DNA of 63,982 nt, counting the filler, from Guillardia theta CCMP2712 (lineage: Eukaryota > Protista > Cryptophyta), in assembly GCF_000315625.1 (NCBI RefSeq). It is 6 parts of 6 records of this genome, joined end to end, with 100 filler letters (N's around TTAATTAATTAA, not from the genome) between each part and the next. Parts side by side here need not be neighbours in the genome. Positions count along the whole stretch, not along the records: positions 45,115 to 53,141 come from NW_005434241.1; positions 53,242 to 61,786 come from NW_005434535.1; 4 more parts are not named here. One strand, 5' to 3'. This document shows, piece after piece, positions 48,441 through 59,994 of this stretch. Position numbers and translations under genes: made by a program. The notes under the pieces were generated by a model. That model did no database searches. It saw only the letters and a list, made by a program, of their open reading frames with translations, and was not told where the DNA came from. How positions within the stretch are numbered: the stretch's first letter is position 1; the number at the start of each line of letters is the position of its first letter.

Positions 48441-49081
48441 CTTGCACCTGCTCAGACAGCCGTGAGTATGCGCGAGCATAAAAGATGTTCATTGTTGTAT
48501 TTGAGGGTAAGTAGTCAGAGAAGGAGGACGGAGAATGATTTCCATGTCCTGTACGTGTTGATTTGAGGAAGAATTTTTTTTCGAGAAGCGAGCAGGGGAT
48601 AGAACAGTGGTCCATCGGACAAAACAATCAGGGGAATCAGCGGCAGGTGAAAGGGTTCATGGACAAGGATGGCTATCGTAAGAAGACGAAGAACGTTCCC
48701 CTCCTCGCTACTCTCCTCTCCTCCCCGCCTCCTCCATTCCCTCCTCCGACTCCTGGGTCCGTGCCGCAGGATGTCAGCAGCTGACTAAAACATTTTATAT
48801 TTGGTTATTTTAAAACTCTAAAACATGTTTACCATGCGTGATACAAAATTACCCCACCTCCTCCCCTTCCTTTTCTGCGAGAAAGGACCCCCCCCCCACA
48901 GGCTTTTTGCCTTGTTGGTCAGCAGGTATCCTACCCCGCCTCCCCCTCCTTTCACCACCCCCTTTTCTACCACATTTGGACCCCCTTCTTCCCCTTCTAA
49001 CCACCATTGCTCCACCACCCCCAGGACAAGCCGCAACACAGGACCCCCCTCCCCCCGCCCCTGGCCTTTACGCAGCTTGCC

Positions 49082-50356
49082 ATGTCCGCGGAGCTATGCT
49101 CGCCCGCCAGCTCGATCATTGTGGAACAGAAGCCGGAAGCGCCACACTTTGCTCCTCATGAAGATCTTGCACACTACCCGTCCCACGCTCCTCATCCTCC
49201 TCCCAACGATCATGGCGTTGAAGATGTAGAAGTCAAGTTGATGGACGGTGCAAACAGTGAAAGTTTTGCGCCTACATACACCGACAGCGAAATTCTCGAA
49301 TGCATTTGCGAGATGGAGAGTCAGATTCAGGACACAAGCTTACAGATGGCATGCTGCGAAAAGATTTCTGGTAGTAGTTTTGATCGCTGCTCGGTCCCCG
49401 ACCTCGAGCACAAAGGTATCACTGCAGTATTGGCCGGCCTGAAAGCACATTTGGGTGATGCGTCACTTCAGGCCGCGTACATTCGCGCCCTGGTATCACT
49501 ATCTGACGATGATGCTCTCAAGAAGTTCATGCACAACAACGGAGGAATCGATGCCTTGATGGCTGCCATGAGGCGACATGGCGACGACGCGAACCTGCAG
49601 GGAGTGTGTCTGAGTGCCATGGGTGTCTTCTCGTGCCTTGAGCTGAACGTCACGTCCATGATCGACGACGATGGAGCTGCGCTGCTTGTTCAGACCATGA
49701 AGAGGTTCGAGGGCAACGAAGACATCGTCAACGAGTCGCTCACCGCCCTCGCCAACCTCTCCACCACGGACAGCAGCAAGGCAGCCATCCGGCAGGCAGG
49801 AGGGATCGAAGCGATCCTCAAGGCCATCGTCGACTTCCCTACCAAGGCAAGGATCCAGCGCAATGGCTTCCGGGCCATCAGCAACCTGATGGGATCGATG
49901 GAGAACCAGGCTGCCTTCCATGAAGCTGGGGGGGTGCCGATCCTTCTGGACGGGCTAAGGTCCAACGAGAAGGATGCAGAGGTCCTGCGGGAGTGTTGCC
50001 GGGCGGTGGGGAGCCTGACGGCGACGGAGGAGATCATCGACGAGCTGATCGAGAAGGAAGCGAGAAGCACCATCGTTCACGCGCTTCAGAACCACCAGAA
50101 CGACTCGGGCCTTCAGGTCATCGGGAGCTGGACCCTAGCTCGGATCGGGTTCTCCAACAAAGTCAAAGTCAAGGATCGTACTGGGTTGGGGAATCGAATC
50201 CGAAGCTTTCGGGATCATGTAAAGGGTAAGGGAGAAGGGAGCTTTCGGGGTATCCAGGGCATCGAAGCTCCTGCTGCTGGTCCTGTGGAGCCTTCGACGA
50301 CTGCCGAGGAGTCGTCTCCCAGGGGCTCCTGCTCTTGTTTTGGTTCCAGGAGATAG
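49082..50356 (+). CDS. Armadillo-repeat protein, intronless
   Basis: Recurring ARM units: GGIDALMAAMRRH, ESLTALANLS, AGGIEAILKAI, GFRAISNL, AGGVPILL, ECCRAVGSL. Confidence 0.88.
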   Translation: MSAELCSPASSIIVEQKPEAPHFAPHEDLAHYPSHAPHPPPNDHGVEDVEVKLMDGANSESFAPTYTDSEILECICEMESQIQDTSLQMACCEKISGSSFDRCSVPDLEHKGITAVLAGLKAHLGDASLQAAYIRALVSLSDDDALKKFMHNNGGIDALMAAMRRHGDDANLQGVCLSAMGVFSCLELNVTSMIDDDGAALLVQTMKRFEGNEDIVNESLTALANLSTTDSSKAAIRQAGGIEAILKAIVDFPTKARIQRNGFRAISNLMGSMENQAAFHEAGGVPILLDGLRSNEKDAEVLRECCRAVGSLTATEEIIDELIEKEARSTIVHALQNHQNDSGLQVIGSWTLARIGFSNKVKVKDRTGLGNRIRSFRDHVKGKGEGSFRGIQGIEAPAAGPVEPSTTAEESSPRGSCSCFGSRR

Positions 50357-51111
50357 GATAAATGCAGCTGGAATGGTTGCGAAATTTTGAGGGTGACGAT
50401 GGAGCTGGTTTCAGGATTTTCAAGTTTTGATCAGGGGATTAAACTCGTTCTTGAAGGAGGTTGTGGCGCTATGGTGACTCATTCTGCACGACTTGTGAAG
50501 TGATTCCCATGCTCTGTATCGCTCATGTCCACTTCCTCCTCCTCCGCGACCAGTACCTCCTCCACCTCTTCCTCTTCCCCCAACCACCTCCTCTTCTTCT
50601 TGATCCTCCCCCCAACAGCCCTCTGCTCCTCTTCCTCTTCCTCCTCCCACCAACAGACCTTCCTCGTCGTTCCAATCTTCTCCTCCTCCTCCTCCTCCTC
50701 CTCCTCCTCCTCCTCCTCCTCCTGTTCCTCCTCGTTTCTCTACCGCTGTTCTCGACCTGGGCAACTTCTCTCCGACGACCGAACTCCTATCTGTACCCCT
50801 ACCCTCGTTCCGACAACACCCCACCCTTTTTAAATCCAAATTTGACTTGAAAAGTACCCCTGTTAATGCTACCCCACCCTACCAATTTGAGTCAGGCAAA
50901 CAATCAGATGGGCGTTCGAAAAATGCGGAGCTGCTAGACCAGCAGGGACAAAAGTTGAGGAGGAAGAGGAGGAGGAGGAGCAGGAGCAGGAGCAGGAGTT
51001 GGAAGAGGAAGATGAGGACGAGAACGAGGACAAGGACGAGGAGGACAAGGACAAGGACAGGACAAGGACGAGGACGAGGACGAGGACGAGGAGGACGAGA
51101 AGGAAGATGAT

Positions 51112-51147
<36 letters not shown>

Positions 51148-51479
51148 AAGGAAGATGATAAGGAAGACGAGGACGAGGAGGATAACGATGAAGAGGTGTC
51201 AAATCACAGATGTTAGAGGGAAGGATGTTGTTGTTGAGGACGGATGATGAAGATTGAGGCAGGGAGAGCTATTGGCTCAAGAGAACAAGTAAGTCTGACC
51301 GTGGTAGAAGAATCAGTATGAGAATTAGAAACTGAATCAGAATCGGAATCAAAATCAATAGAGTTAACAAGAAAGGAGTGATAGTAAACATTCCTCCTGC
51401 TCTATACCACTCCTCCTTCAACGGGAATCTCAACTCCGGAGAATTCGAGTCAGTTGATTCTTGTCTTATCCTTGCCTTT

Positions 51480-53141
51480 CAGGTCGTCGATGTTGACGAG
51501 CGAACATGTTGGACAATCTTCAGCATCGGCATCGCTTTCTTCTGCCATGACTCTCCGCTGACTTCTCCCGCCCTGCTCCTCATGGCGTTTCGACGCAGAC
51601 CCGCTGAGCAGGAGCTGTGCGTGTTTGGGCACTATGCTCCTGTCACAAGGCAGAGGACCTCCGAGTATTGCAGCAGCTTCCAGTGCAGCCCTGAGGAGGA
51701 GGAGGCGGGGAGAGGGAGGAGGATGTTGCTGGTGGCTGTGGCAGCCAAGCTGAGGATCAGGACGCGAACCGCGCTGAAGAGCATCTGCGTCAAGGTTTGG
51801 ACAAGGCACGTGAAGCTGTGCAAGAGGTGAAGGAGTCAGAGCTGATGCTACAAGTGAGGTCGAGCATGTGACGCTGTGGCAGGTCAAGACAGATGCTGGT
51901 GGACGTGTCGGCGAGGCTGCTGCGTCTGTCTTGTGCTGTTGTCGTCTACAACATTCAAGTCCGTCGGGAGCACCTCCAGCTGAAGTTTCTGGGCGTCAAG
52001 AAGTTGCGGCAGAAGAATGTCAGGCGAGCTTGTCTGCGAGGATGGGCGGCATACATACAGCTGCTGCGAGATGCCCTCGAGCTCAGTAGATCTTCAACCT
52101 TGCACCGGGTTGTTGAGGCGTGCAGGTGATGATGATGGAGAGGAGGAGGAGGAGGAGGAGGTTGATGATGATGATGATGATGATGAGGAGGAGGAGGAGG
52201 AGGAGGAGAAGGGTTCAGAAGGAAGCGATGGAGATAATGACGGTAGCCAAATGGAACATAGGGGTAAGGGGATGATGAAGGAAGGTGATAGAGGAGGAGG
52301 ACAAGGACGATAACTAGGGCAAGGAGGGGAGGAGGGGAGGAGGAACGTTTGTTTCCATCGCTCCTGAAGCTGTCTATCAGGTTTCTGAGGTCTTGCGCGA
52401 CCTCTCAGAGGCGGTTGAGATCCTTGAAGAGCGTCTCCCCTCTCAGCGTGAACTCCTTCCTGGGGGCTGCGACAAGCACTTTGAGGAGATGAAGCAAGCT
52501 CACCGAGACGTGCTGGTACGAGGAGGAGGAGGAAGTGGTGGTGGAGGAGGAGGAAGAGGAGGAGGAGGAGGAGGAGGATGGCAGGACTGACTGTCTGCTT
52601 GTGGATGTGCAGCAAACTGTGGTGGGAGAATGGGGGCGGTTGACGCGAGAGATAGTTCAAGGACGGCCGATCAAGAGGAGTTGGGAGAAGATGCTAAAGA
52701 GAAGCTGCTGGTACAAGATACAGGTGTATGCTGAGAGAACAAGAGCGGCGAAGATGATTGTGCTGGGGACTTTCGACGACGTCATCGCGCTGAACCACTT
52801 GGAGAGATGGAAATCGTCTTGCAGAGAGTCGATCGACAAGTCAGTGAATTTGTTGAGAGTTGCTGATATGCCCTGTGACTTGTTGTGATAACTTTTCTAT
52901 GCGTGTATTTCTACTGGCTTGATGCAATCGTTACATGTCCTATCTGATGAGATCGTTGGATCCTGTGTGCTGTTCCACCTCCTGCTCTCCTGTACTCTCT
53001 TTCCACATCGCTGATGTCCTCATCTGTCAGAATGACCTGTCACCTGGAGAAAATACGGAAGAAGAGATTTTTCAACAGCTGGTGGAACAAGCTGGAAGTA
53101 AAGATGCGAGTGAGAGATTTCATCGACTTCTTCTTCGTCCA
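51480..53141 (+). CDS. Hypothetical basic helical protein (multi-exon, truncated by gap)
   Basis: Arg/Lys-rich helical segments with spaced Trp (KVWTRHV, RGWAAY, GEWGRL, ERWK) between introns; loosely Sfi1-like. Confidence 0.4.
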
Positions 53142-53347
53142 NNNNNNNNNNNNNNNNNNNNNNNNNNNNNNNNNNNNNNNNNNNNTTAATTAATTAANNN
53201 NNNNNNNNNNNNNNNNNNNNNNNNNNNNNNNNNNNNNNNNNAAGGAAAAGCATCCTCCTCCTCCTCCTCCTCCTCCTCTCCTCTCCTTATCTCTTGTTCT
53301 CTCACCCCCCCAACCCTGCCTGCTCCTCCACCACCACCACCACCGAC

Positions 53348-54473
53348 CTGAAGGAGAAGTGTACTCCTCCCGGCATCCCTCCGGCTGCTCCGGCCGCCTC
53401 CGCCCCTTCTCCATTCATCTGCTGCTTCAGCACCTGCTCCCCATACTTGTCGTAGATTTCCTGTGGGTATGACAGGTGCGGGAGGTGGCAGGTGAGTTGA
53501 GAAACAGAAACAGGAGAAGAGAAGGCAGGGAAGTGGAAGTGAAGAGAGAAGGATCAAGGCGAGGAGTTGAGCGAGCAGTAGGAGAATCATGAGACCAAGG
53601 AAGAGGCTGAGGAGAGGTGGAGGAGGCAGAGAAGGAGAAGCTGAGGAGGAGAAGCTGAGGAGGAGAACGCTGAGGAGGAGGAGGAGGAGGAGGAGGGGTC
53701 GGAAAAACGAGGTAGGAGGGCCCTACCTTGCTCTGCTTGTTGGACAAGACTTCATAAGCTTCGGACACCTGAGGACGAAAATGAGACTTGAGGCAGTGAC
53801 ATGGACAGAAAAGATGAGAAAAGGAATGTGAAGCAGAAAAGCTCGACATGAAGAGAAAGAAAAGCGGAGTTACACGATGAGAAGATATAGAAAATTGTGA
53901 AGGACAAAACAGAAGAGAGGTTGGGAGGGAGCGAGGAAGCGAGGGAGCGAAGGAAAGAGAGAGTGAGAGCTTCTCTATAAAACTCGACCTCTTTGAACTT
54001 CTTGTCTGCCATGGCCTTGTTGTTTGGGTTTCGGTCCGGATGCCATTTCAGCGCCATCTTCTTGTACGCCTTCTTGATCGTCTTCGTGCACAAGTCAGAA
54101 AAGGGTGAGGACAGCCAGGGAGGGAGGAGAGAGAAGGAAAAAGTCAAGAGGAGGGAAACAAGCGCGGTACGTTTTCATCATCTTCTCCCTGCTCCAGCCC
54201 AAGAATGTCGTAGTATCGCCTGTTGTCCACCCCTCCTCCCCGCAACCTGAGCACGACCTCCCTGACGCCTCCTCCTCCACGCATGCTCGCAGCTGGTTGC
54301 TGCCAGGGCCTCGAAGAGGTCTGCGATCGATGCCGATAGTCCATCACGGCAACTTCGAACGATTCTTCCATGCACATGAGGGAGAAGCAGAGAGCCAGTA
54401 AGGTCAGCCTGACGCTAGGCTGCAACGACACCGTCCAACTCTGCTCCTTCACTGTATGCTTGCTCGCTATCAT
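53348..54473 (-). CDS. DnaJ protein with N-terminal targeting extension ending in LRLRGG; 3' part lost in gap
   Basis: [13 protein letters not shown] hydrophobic leader, then VVLRLRGGG, then RRYYDILGL|[18 protein letters not shown]...KFKE|VSEAYEVLS|IYDKYGE, followed by Gly-rich [11 protein letters not shown]. Confidence 0.88.
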
Positions 54474-54712
54474 GGCTGTCTCCCCCACCCCCCGCCACCT
54501 CCTCTTCCCTCACACCCTTGCAAGTCAGTACAATCTCTGTCCCAACGGCGAACTCGTCAAGCTCACTGAGAAACCTTTCCGAGCTTCACGGGATAGTCTG
54601 TATTCCAACTCTCACTCCAGTGCTGCTGCATGAAGAAAGGAAGCACGCGAAATCTGCTAAGAAGTGAAGAATAATCAGACGCCGGAGATAATCATCGTTC
54701 AAGTAGATTTCT

Positions 54713-54713
<1 letters not shown>

Positions 54714-54770
<57 letters not shown>

Positions 54771-54784
54771 TTGCTCCTGCTCCT
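54714..54784. repeat. (CCTGCT)n microsatellite
   Basis: Directly visible. Confidence 0.9.
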
Positions 54785-55629
54785 TGCATCAGGAGTGCCA
54801 TTTGATTAACTTTCACATGGAGCTAATCTAATATAAATGCTGACTTCAGGGGAACAAGAAGCAGGAGCGCATCAGGTTGTGCCCAGGGGCCTAGGAGACT
54901 CAGAAAACTCTCACAGACAGAGGGAGGAGGAGGAGCTACGGCACCGGAAGAGTGCAAGAGAGTATCAGTAAACTACGATCATGGCAGAAACAAACGGTCG
55001 CAATGGCGAGGAAGTTCGTAGTGGACAGAAACTACGATGGGGGTAGAGCAAGGAGGAGGGGGGTATAGCTCCGAGACATGCAAGACAGGAGAAGAGGACG
55101 TCCTGTCAAGTATGTGTTCTGCTGGAAGGAAGATCGGCAAATGCAGGAGATGGGGCGAAGTTTGGAGGATTTTGGTCCATCTTGGAAGGGAAAGGAGGGC
55201 AAGGAGGGGGGAGAGAGTCCTGGCTCACGATGGAGACTGGAAGGAGGAGGAACTAGTGGTGGACATGGGGAAGGAGGAGGAGGAGAGGGCGAGGAGGAGG
55301 AGGAGGAGGAGGAGGGGCAGGGGAGGATACGCAAGAAACTGAGCGTGGCCATGAGGATCTGGAAAATCCATGAGGTGGGTAGGGAACAATTTCAGGGGGT
55401 AGGGGTTATCAAAAAGGGGGGTAGAGATATGGAAGGTCTCTTGGGTAGGGGATGAATTAAGACGAAGATCCAGGGAGTAAGAAATTACAATATGGCAATA
55501 CATATAAAATTCGAATACATACGGGTATGAAATTGATTATTGAAATCGATCACAGTTCTATTTGCTCCTGTGGTTTGCGGAGGGGTGGTATGTACATGTT
55601 TGGGGTCCGGTGTGTGCCGTCCGTACCCA

Positions 55630-56020
55630 ACCAGTTTCCGGGTGACTGAGCCTGCCCCGGAAACTCAGTGACTCGGCGCCCGGGCCGGCCGGGATCCCCG
55701 GGGCCGGGCCCGGCCAGATCTCCGGGAGTCATCATCGGGGCCGGCGGGGCGGCGTTGCGCCGGGCGCGCGCCGGTTGACAGTGATCTTTGAGTGAACTTC
55801 AATCTACTATGACTCGGTTTGGGCCGGCTACCCCCCCGGGACGGCGCCCCCCCGGCCCCGGCGCCGGACAGCCTGAGCCGGGCAGGCCTCAGTACTGGCA
55901 CTGAGCTGAGAGGGGCCGCCCCGCCGGAGCGCGGGCCGGCTGGGGTACGGTGGCGGGGTCCGAGGTCGGGCCGGCAGGCCTCACTGAGTCACAGTGAGCG
56001 GGCAGCCTTGGCAAGTTGAT
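55630..56020. other. GC-rich CCGG/TGACT island of the same class as 13850-14630
   Basis: cgggccggccgggatccccggggccgggcccggcc, with gtgactgag, tcagtgactc and cactgagtcacagtg. Confidence 0.7.
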
Positions 56021-56095
56021 AGCTTTTGACATTGTTTTTCACTGAATTTCCACTCCGCCAGAAATAGAGCGCTTCGACTCCCCTGAGTCCCCGCG

Positions 56096-57765
56096 ATGGC
56101 GGCGAAGTAAGAGACTGACTGGCACGAGCAACTCTCAAAACATGTTGAAACGGTCTGAAGCCAAAACCAACGCCTCCTCCTCCTCCTCCTCTTCCTCCTC
56201 CTCCTTCTCTTTCTCCTCGCTACTCCCCTCTTCTTCTGTCTCTTTCGTTTCGTTCTGCCTAGTCTCGGGTGCTGCCGTCCTGCTTGTCATTGCGAGCTGC
56301 TGGAGCGGACATGAGGGTCTGCTGGGACGGCGCGAACTGGCAGCGAACGACCATCGCTTTCCTACTCACACGACCTCTAGCGCGTACGTCTTCTCCTATC
56401 CTTTCGTCAGGAAGCATACCCCATCCAGCGCGCAAGTCGTCAATGTCTACACCACTTTTGAGGCCCCGGCAAGCGTTCCAGCAGACGAGACGTCGACACC
56501 GGAGGGCGAGGAGCCGACAGCGACTGAGGTCACGCCCAGCTCCACCTCTAGCTCTCCCCCAGCTGTAGCCACGGAGCAGGTGAGCGAGACAGCACTGATT
56601 ATCATTCTTGGTGAGAATGCGATACAGGACGGGGTGTATCAAGTGCCTTGGACTGCGATTCGTGCGTACCGGACCGTTCCGCTCGCCCAAGAAGCTGCTC
56701 ATCAGGCTGTAAAGTTTCTGTCCCATAGCCCCAGGTGGGTCGACGCTCAATGTTATTGTTCTGAATATTGTTGTGGTTCTGCATTTGTTGCTCAGTGAAC
56801 ACATGTCGGCAGTGCGGTTGTGCAGAGTGAAGGGCCGAAGAAAAGCTGGTGGCAGCGATGGCAGGACACGACGCCACGGCCATTGCAGAACCCGAAATGG
56901 GCGGCAAACATGGCGTTGCGAGTCGCGCATCGTGCCAAGTCCTCGGTATGTCATGCTGCTTGTGATCGAAACAGTAATGCTCGCTTCTCCCTCGCAGTAC
57001 TTGTCGCCGCCTGTCACAAACTCAACTGCATCTGTGGCAAAGAAGATCCCAGAGAATTCGAAGCCTCAGTCAGAGATCGTCATCAACATTCGGCCTTCAA
57101 CTCCTGCCCAGCACAAGGTCCAAGTGTTCAAGCCACTTGCCCCTCCCGATCGCGTCCAGCCCCCCCCTGCGGTTCCAGACTTCGTTGCTGTCCCGTCGGC
57201 TGCTCCGTTCAGGAGCCCTTGGGATGCCAGGGCTTTCCAGAAGCAGGAAAGTTTGATGAGGCTGATGAAGAAGAAGTATGTGATGGAAGCTGTACCCCCT
57301 GGCTACAGGCTTGTGATGCCGAAGGAAGCTGGAGAGAGTTACCTTCAGGTTCCTCAACAAGGAGCAGTCGTTGCGATGCCTCAAGAGGGAAGGGAGAGCT
57401 TCATCGAGATCCCTCAGGGGAGCCCAGGAATCATCGAGGAAGCCCCTGCACAAGGAGCAACTTTCATGCAGAGCCCTCGAAACACTTTCGCAAATTTTCA
57501 GCCCTTCCCTCAACAAGGGACCTTCCTACAGATCCCAGCAGATCGACTGGTGCAAGAAAGGTCCTGGGAAGCTCTACAGGACCAGGATGCTTCTAGGCGT
57601 GCTGGGTTCTACGGGGAGCGACGAGGCGTGTGGAAGAGTATCGTGCCAGGGGTCAGGCCCATTTGGAGCACAGAGAGGAGGATGGAAGGAGCGGGAGGTT
57701 TTGTACGTGGTGCATCACAGGCGGCGGTGCTGGCCGACCTTCTGAATCGAGCAGTAGGTAGATGA
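56096..57765 (+). CDS. Hypothetical membrane-anchored Pro/Thr/Gln-rich protein
   Basis: Overlapping ORFs 56142-56798 (TM segment, PTS-rich) and 56773-57765 (internal 'YLQVPQQG/FIEIPQG/FLQIP' repeats). The exon structure is uncertain. Confidence 0.5.
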
Positions 57766-57848
57766 TGATGTTATTGTTTTGTTGGAAAGTTCAAACGACA
57801 GGGTGATCCGACTGTTGGCTGCGTCGCCGCCATCATAGTACATTCTCA

Positions 57849-59668
57849 TCATTCAGCAGCCTCAACGGGTCTCTCCTCCGGTGCCCGCCTGTCTTCGACT
57901 CCACGGTCGCGATCATCCCGTGGCCTGTCGCGATCTCTGCGCAGCTCCTCTTCGCGTCCTCTTCCTCGACGATCACGGTCTCGCTCTCTCGATCTCTCCT
58001 TCTCGAGCGTCCGACGGTCCAGGCGCTCTCTATCTCGCTCTCTGTCTCTGTCTCGAATCCTGCACACTCATCAGTTCAATCCTCACATACATGTCAACAC
58101 ACCTGTCGCGATCGCGCTCCCTCTCTCGGTCCCTCTCTCTCTCCCTCTCCCTGTCTCGTTCACGGTCCCTCTCCCGCTCTCGATCCCGATCCCTATCGCG
58201 GTCACGAAAGCGATCATCCTCCTTCCTCCTCTTGAGCTCCTCCTCTCTTCCACGTGCATCATCATCTCTTCCCCGCTTGCGGTCACGATCTCCTCTGTCT
58301 CGGTCTCTCCCTCCATCTCCTGGCCCTCCCCAAGGCCCGGGCCCTCTACCTCCTCCCGGGGGCATCATGCTGGGCGGGCCGGGGAAACCTGGCGGCCTCA
58401 TCCCCCCTCCTGCCATCATCTGCATCATCATCTCAGGAGGCATGGCTCCACCCGGCATGCCCCCGGCCATCACCATCCGCTGAAACACTTCGGGAGGAGG
58501 CATCTGACCCCGGGCCATCATCTCCTTGATTACCTCGGGAGGAGGCATTCCAAGCTGAGGCATGTCCGGCCCTCGGCTCTGCTGCGCTTGCCCTCCTTCC
58601 TTGCTTCCTCCGTCCTTCCCTTCGCCATCCTTTCCTGCCGCACTCTCTTGCACCGAGCCGCCTCCCTCGCCGCGACCTCCTTGCATTGCATCTGCGGGGC
58701 CGCGCATACCGGGCGGGGACATGAACGGGGGAGCCATTCCTCCCATCCAAGGAGGGTTCGGCATCTGACCGGGCATGGCGCCAGGGCTGTTGAAGGGTTG
58801 GCTCGGCTTGTTCTGGTTGCTGCTGGCGCTGCGGTCGGACTCAACGACTTGGATGCTCGCCTGCATGGCGTTCATCCTCCGCAGCTGGACCTGCTTCTGG
58901 CCGTAGGCCTGCCAGGTCTCCTCGTTGAAGCCGTAGTTGAACCAGTCGCTGAGATCAGCTCCTGGCTTCCTCCATGGCTTGTCCTCCATCGACGAGATAT
59001 CGAACTCATACGGGTTGACGAGGGGCCCTCCGAGCTTGGGGTCCACTGCAGCTTCCTCTCCCTCCTTAGGGGCTGTCTGCTCTCCGATCTTGACTTCAAC
59101 GCCCTTCCTGACATACTTGCGATTCGGCTGCAGCAAGCAAATCAGCAAGTCGACAAGATTTGACACATGAACGAGCGACGTTCGAGTATATGACATATCC
59201 ACTACCATCTTGTCAACAAAACTCATGTGGGCCAATACACTCTGCCCTCAGATAAAAGGATAATCATCTTCTCTCATAATCCCACCCATCTCTCTTCATT
59301 TGTTTTCTTCTTCCCTTCAACTCTTCTCTCTTCTCCCCCTCCCCTCTTCGATATCGTCCCCCCCCCCCTCTCCTCCCGCTCCCACCCTCTCCCTCTCCCA
59401 CCCTCTCTTCCCTCTCTTATCTTGCCCCAGTATCGCATCCAATCCATCAACAACTCACCATCGGCGTCCCTCCCCAGGCACCCTTAGAGGCGGATCCAAC
59501 ATCGTCCTGATCGATGATGACGTCCACGCCATCGTCGTCGTCGTCGTCCTGCCCTTCACCTCTCTCCTCCTCTCCGTCGTACGTCTCCTCGTGGTGAGCC
59601 CCTCCGTCTCCCATGCCGAGCGCTTCCTCCTCTCCCATCCCCTCCTCTTCTCCCATCGCCTCGTGCAT
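57849..59668 (-). CDS. FIP1: Pre-mRNA 3'-end processing factor Fip1
   Basis: Acidic N-terminus ([12 protein letters not shown]). Fip1 motif [33 protein letters not shown]. Pro/Met-rich middle and RD/RE-repeat C-terminus. Confidence 0.93.
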
Positions 59669-59994
59669 CGTCGCCGCCGCCGCTGTTCTCTGTTCCTTTG
59701 ACAGTTACGGGACGTTATGAGACAGGGTATACCTGGCTGTAACGGTCGTGTGTTATATTAGTCCTAACGATTTACGGTTGATTTGTAACGGTTGCTTACG
59801 ACTAAGCAAGTCAGCTAAGCCATATAAAGGAGGGCAGGAGTGAGAGTGAGAGAAGGAGAGGGGAAGAGCAGGTCGAGAATCCAAGTCAAGTGAAGGCAAG
59901 AAACCAGAGGACCAGGACACAGTAAGCGGAAGGAGGAGAGGAAATCAAATCTGAACGAGAAAGAACAAAGAGCAGACTACGACTTTCAAGGACA

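Noticed and set aside
49082-50356. ARM protein as the missing SARM1-like regulatory partner of the TIR-SAM protein
   Set aside because: It is about 38 kb away, ARM proteins are common, and nothing links the two.
50960-51250. GAC/GAG-rich ORFs (also the GAT tract at 38480-38640)
   Set aside because: Simple trinucleotide repeats; a coding role cannot be supported from the sequence.
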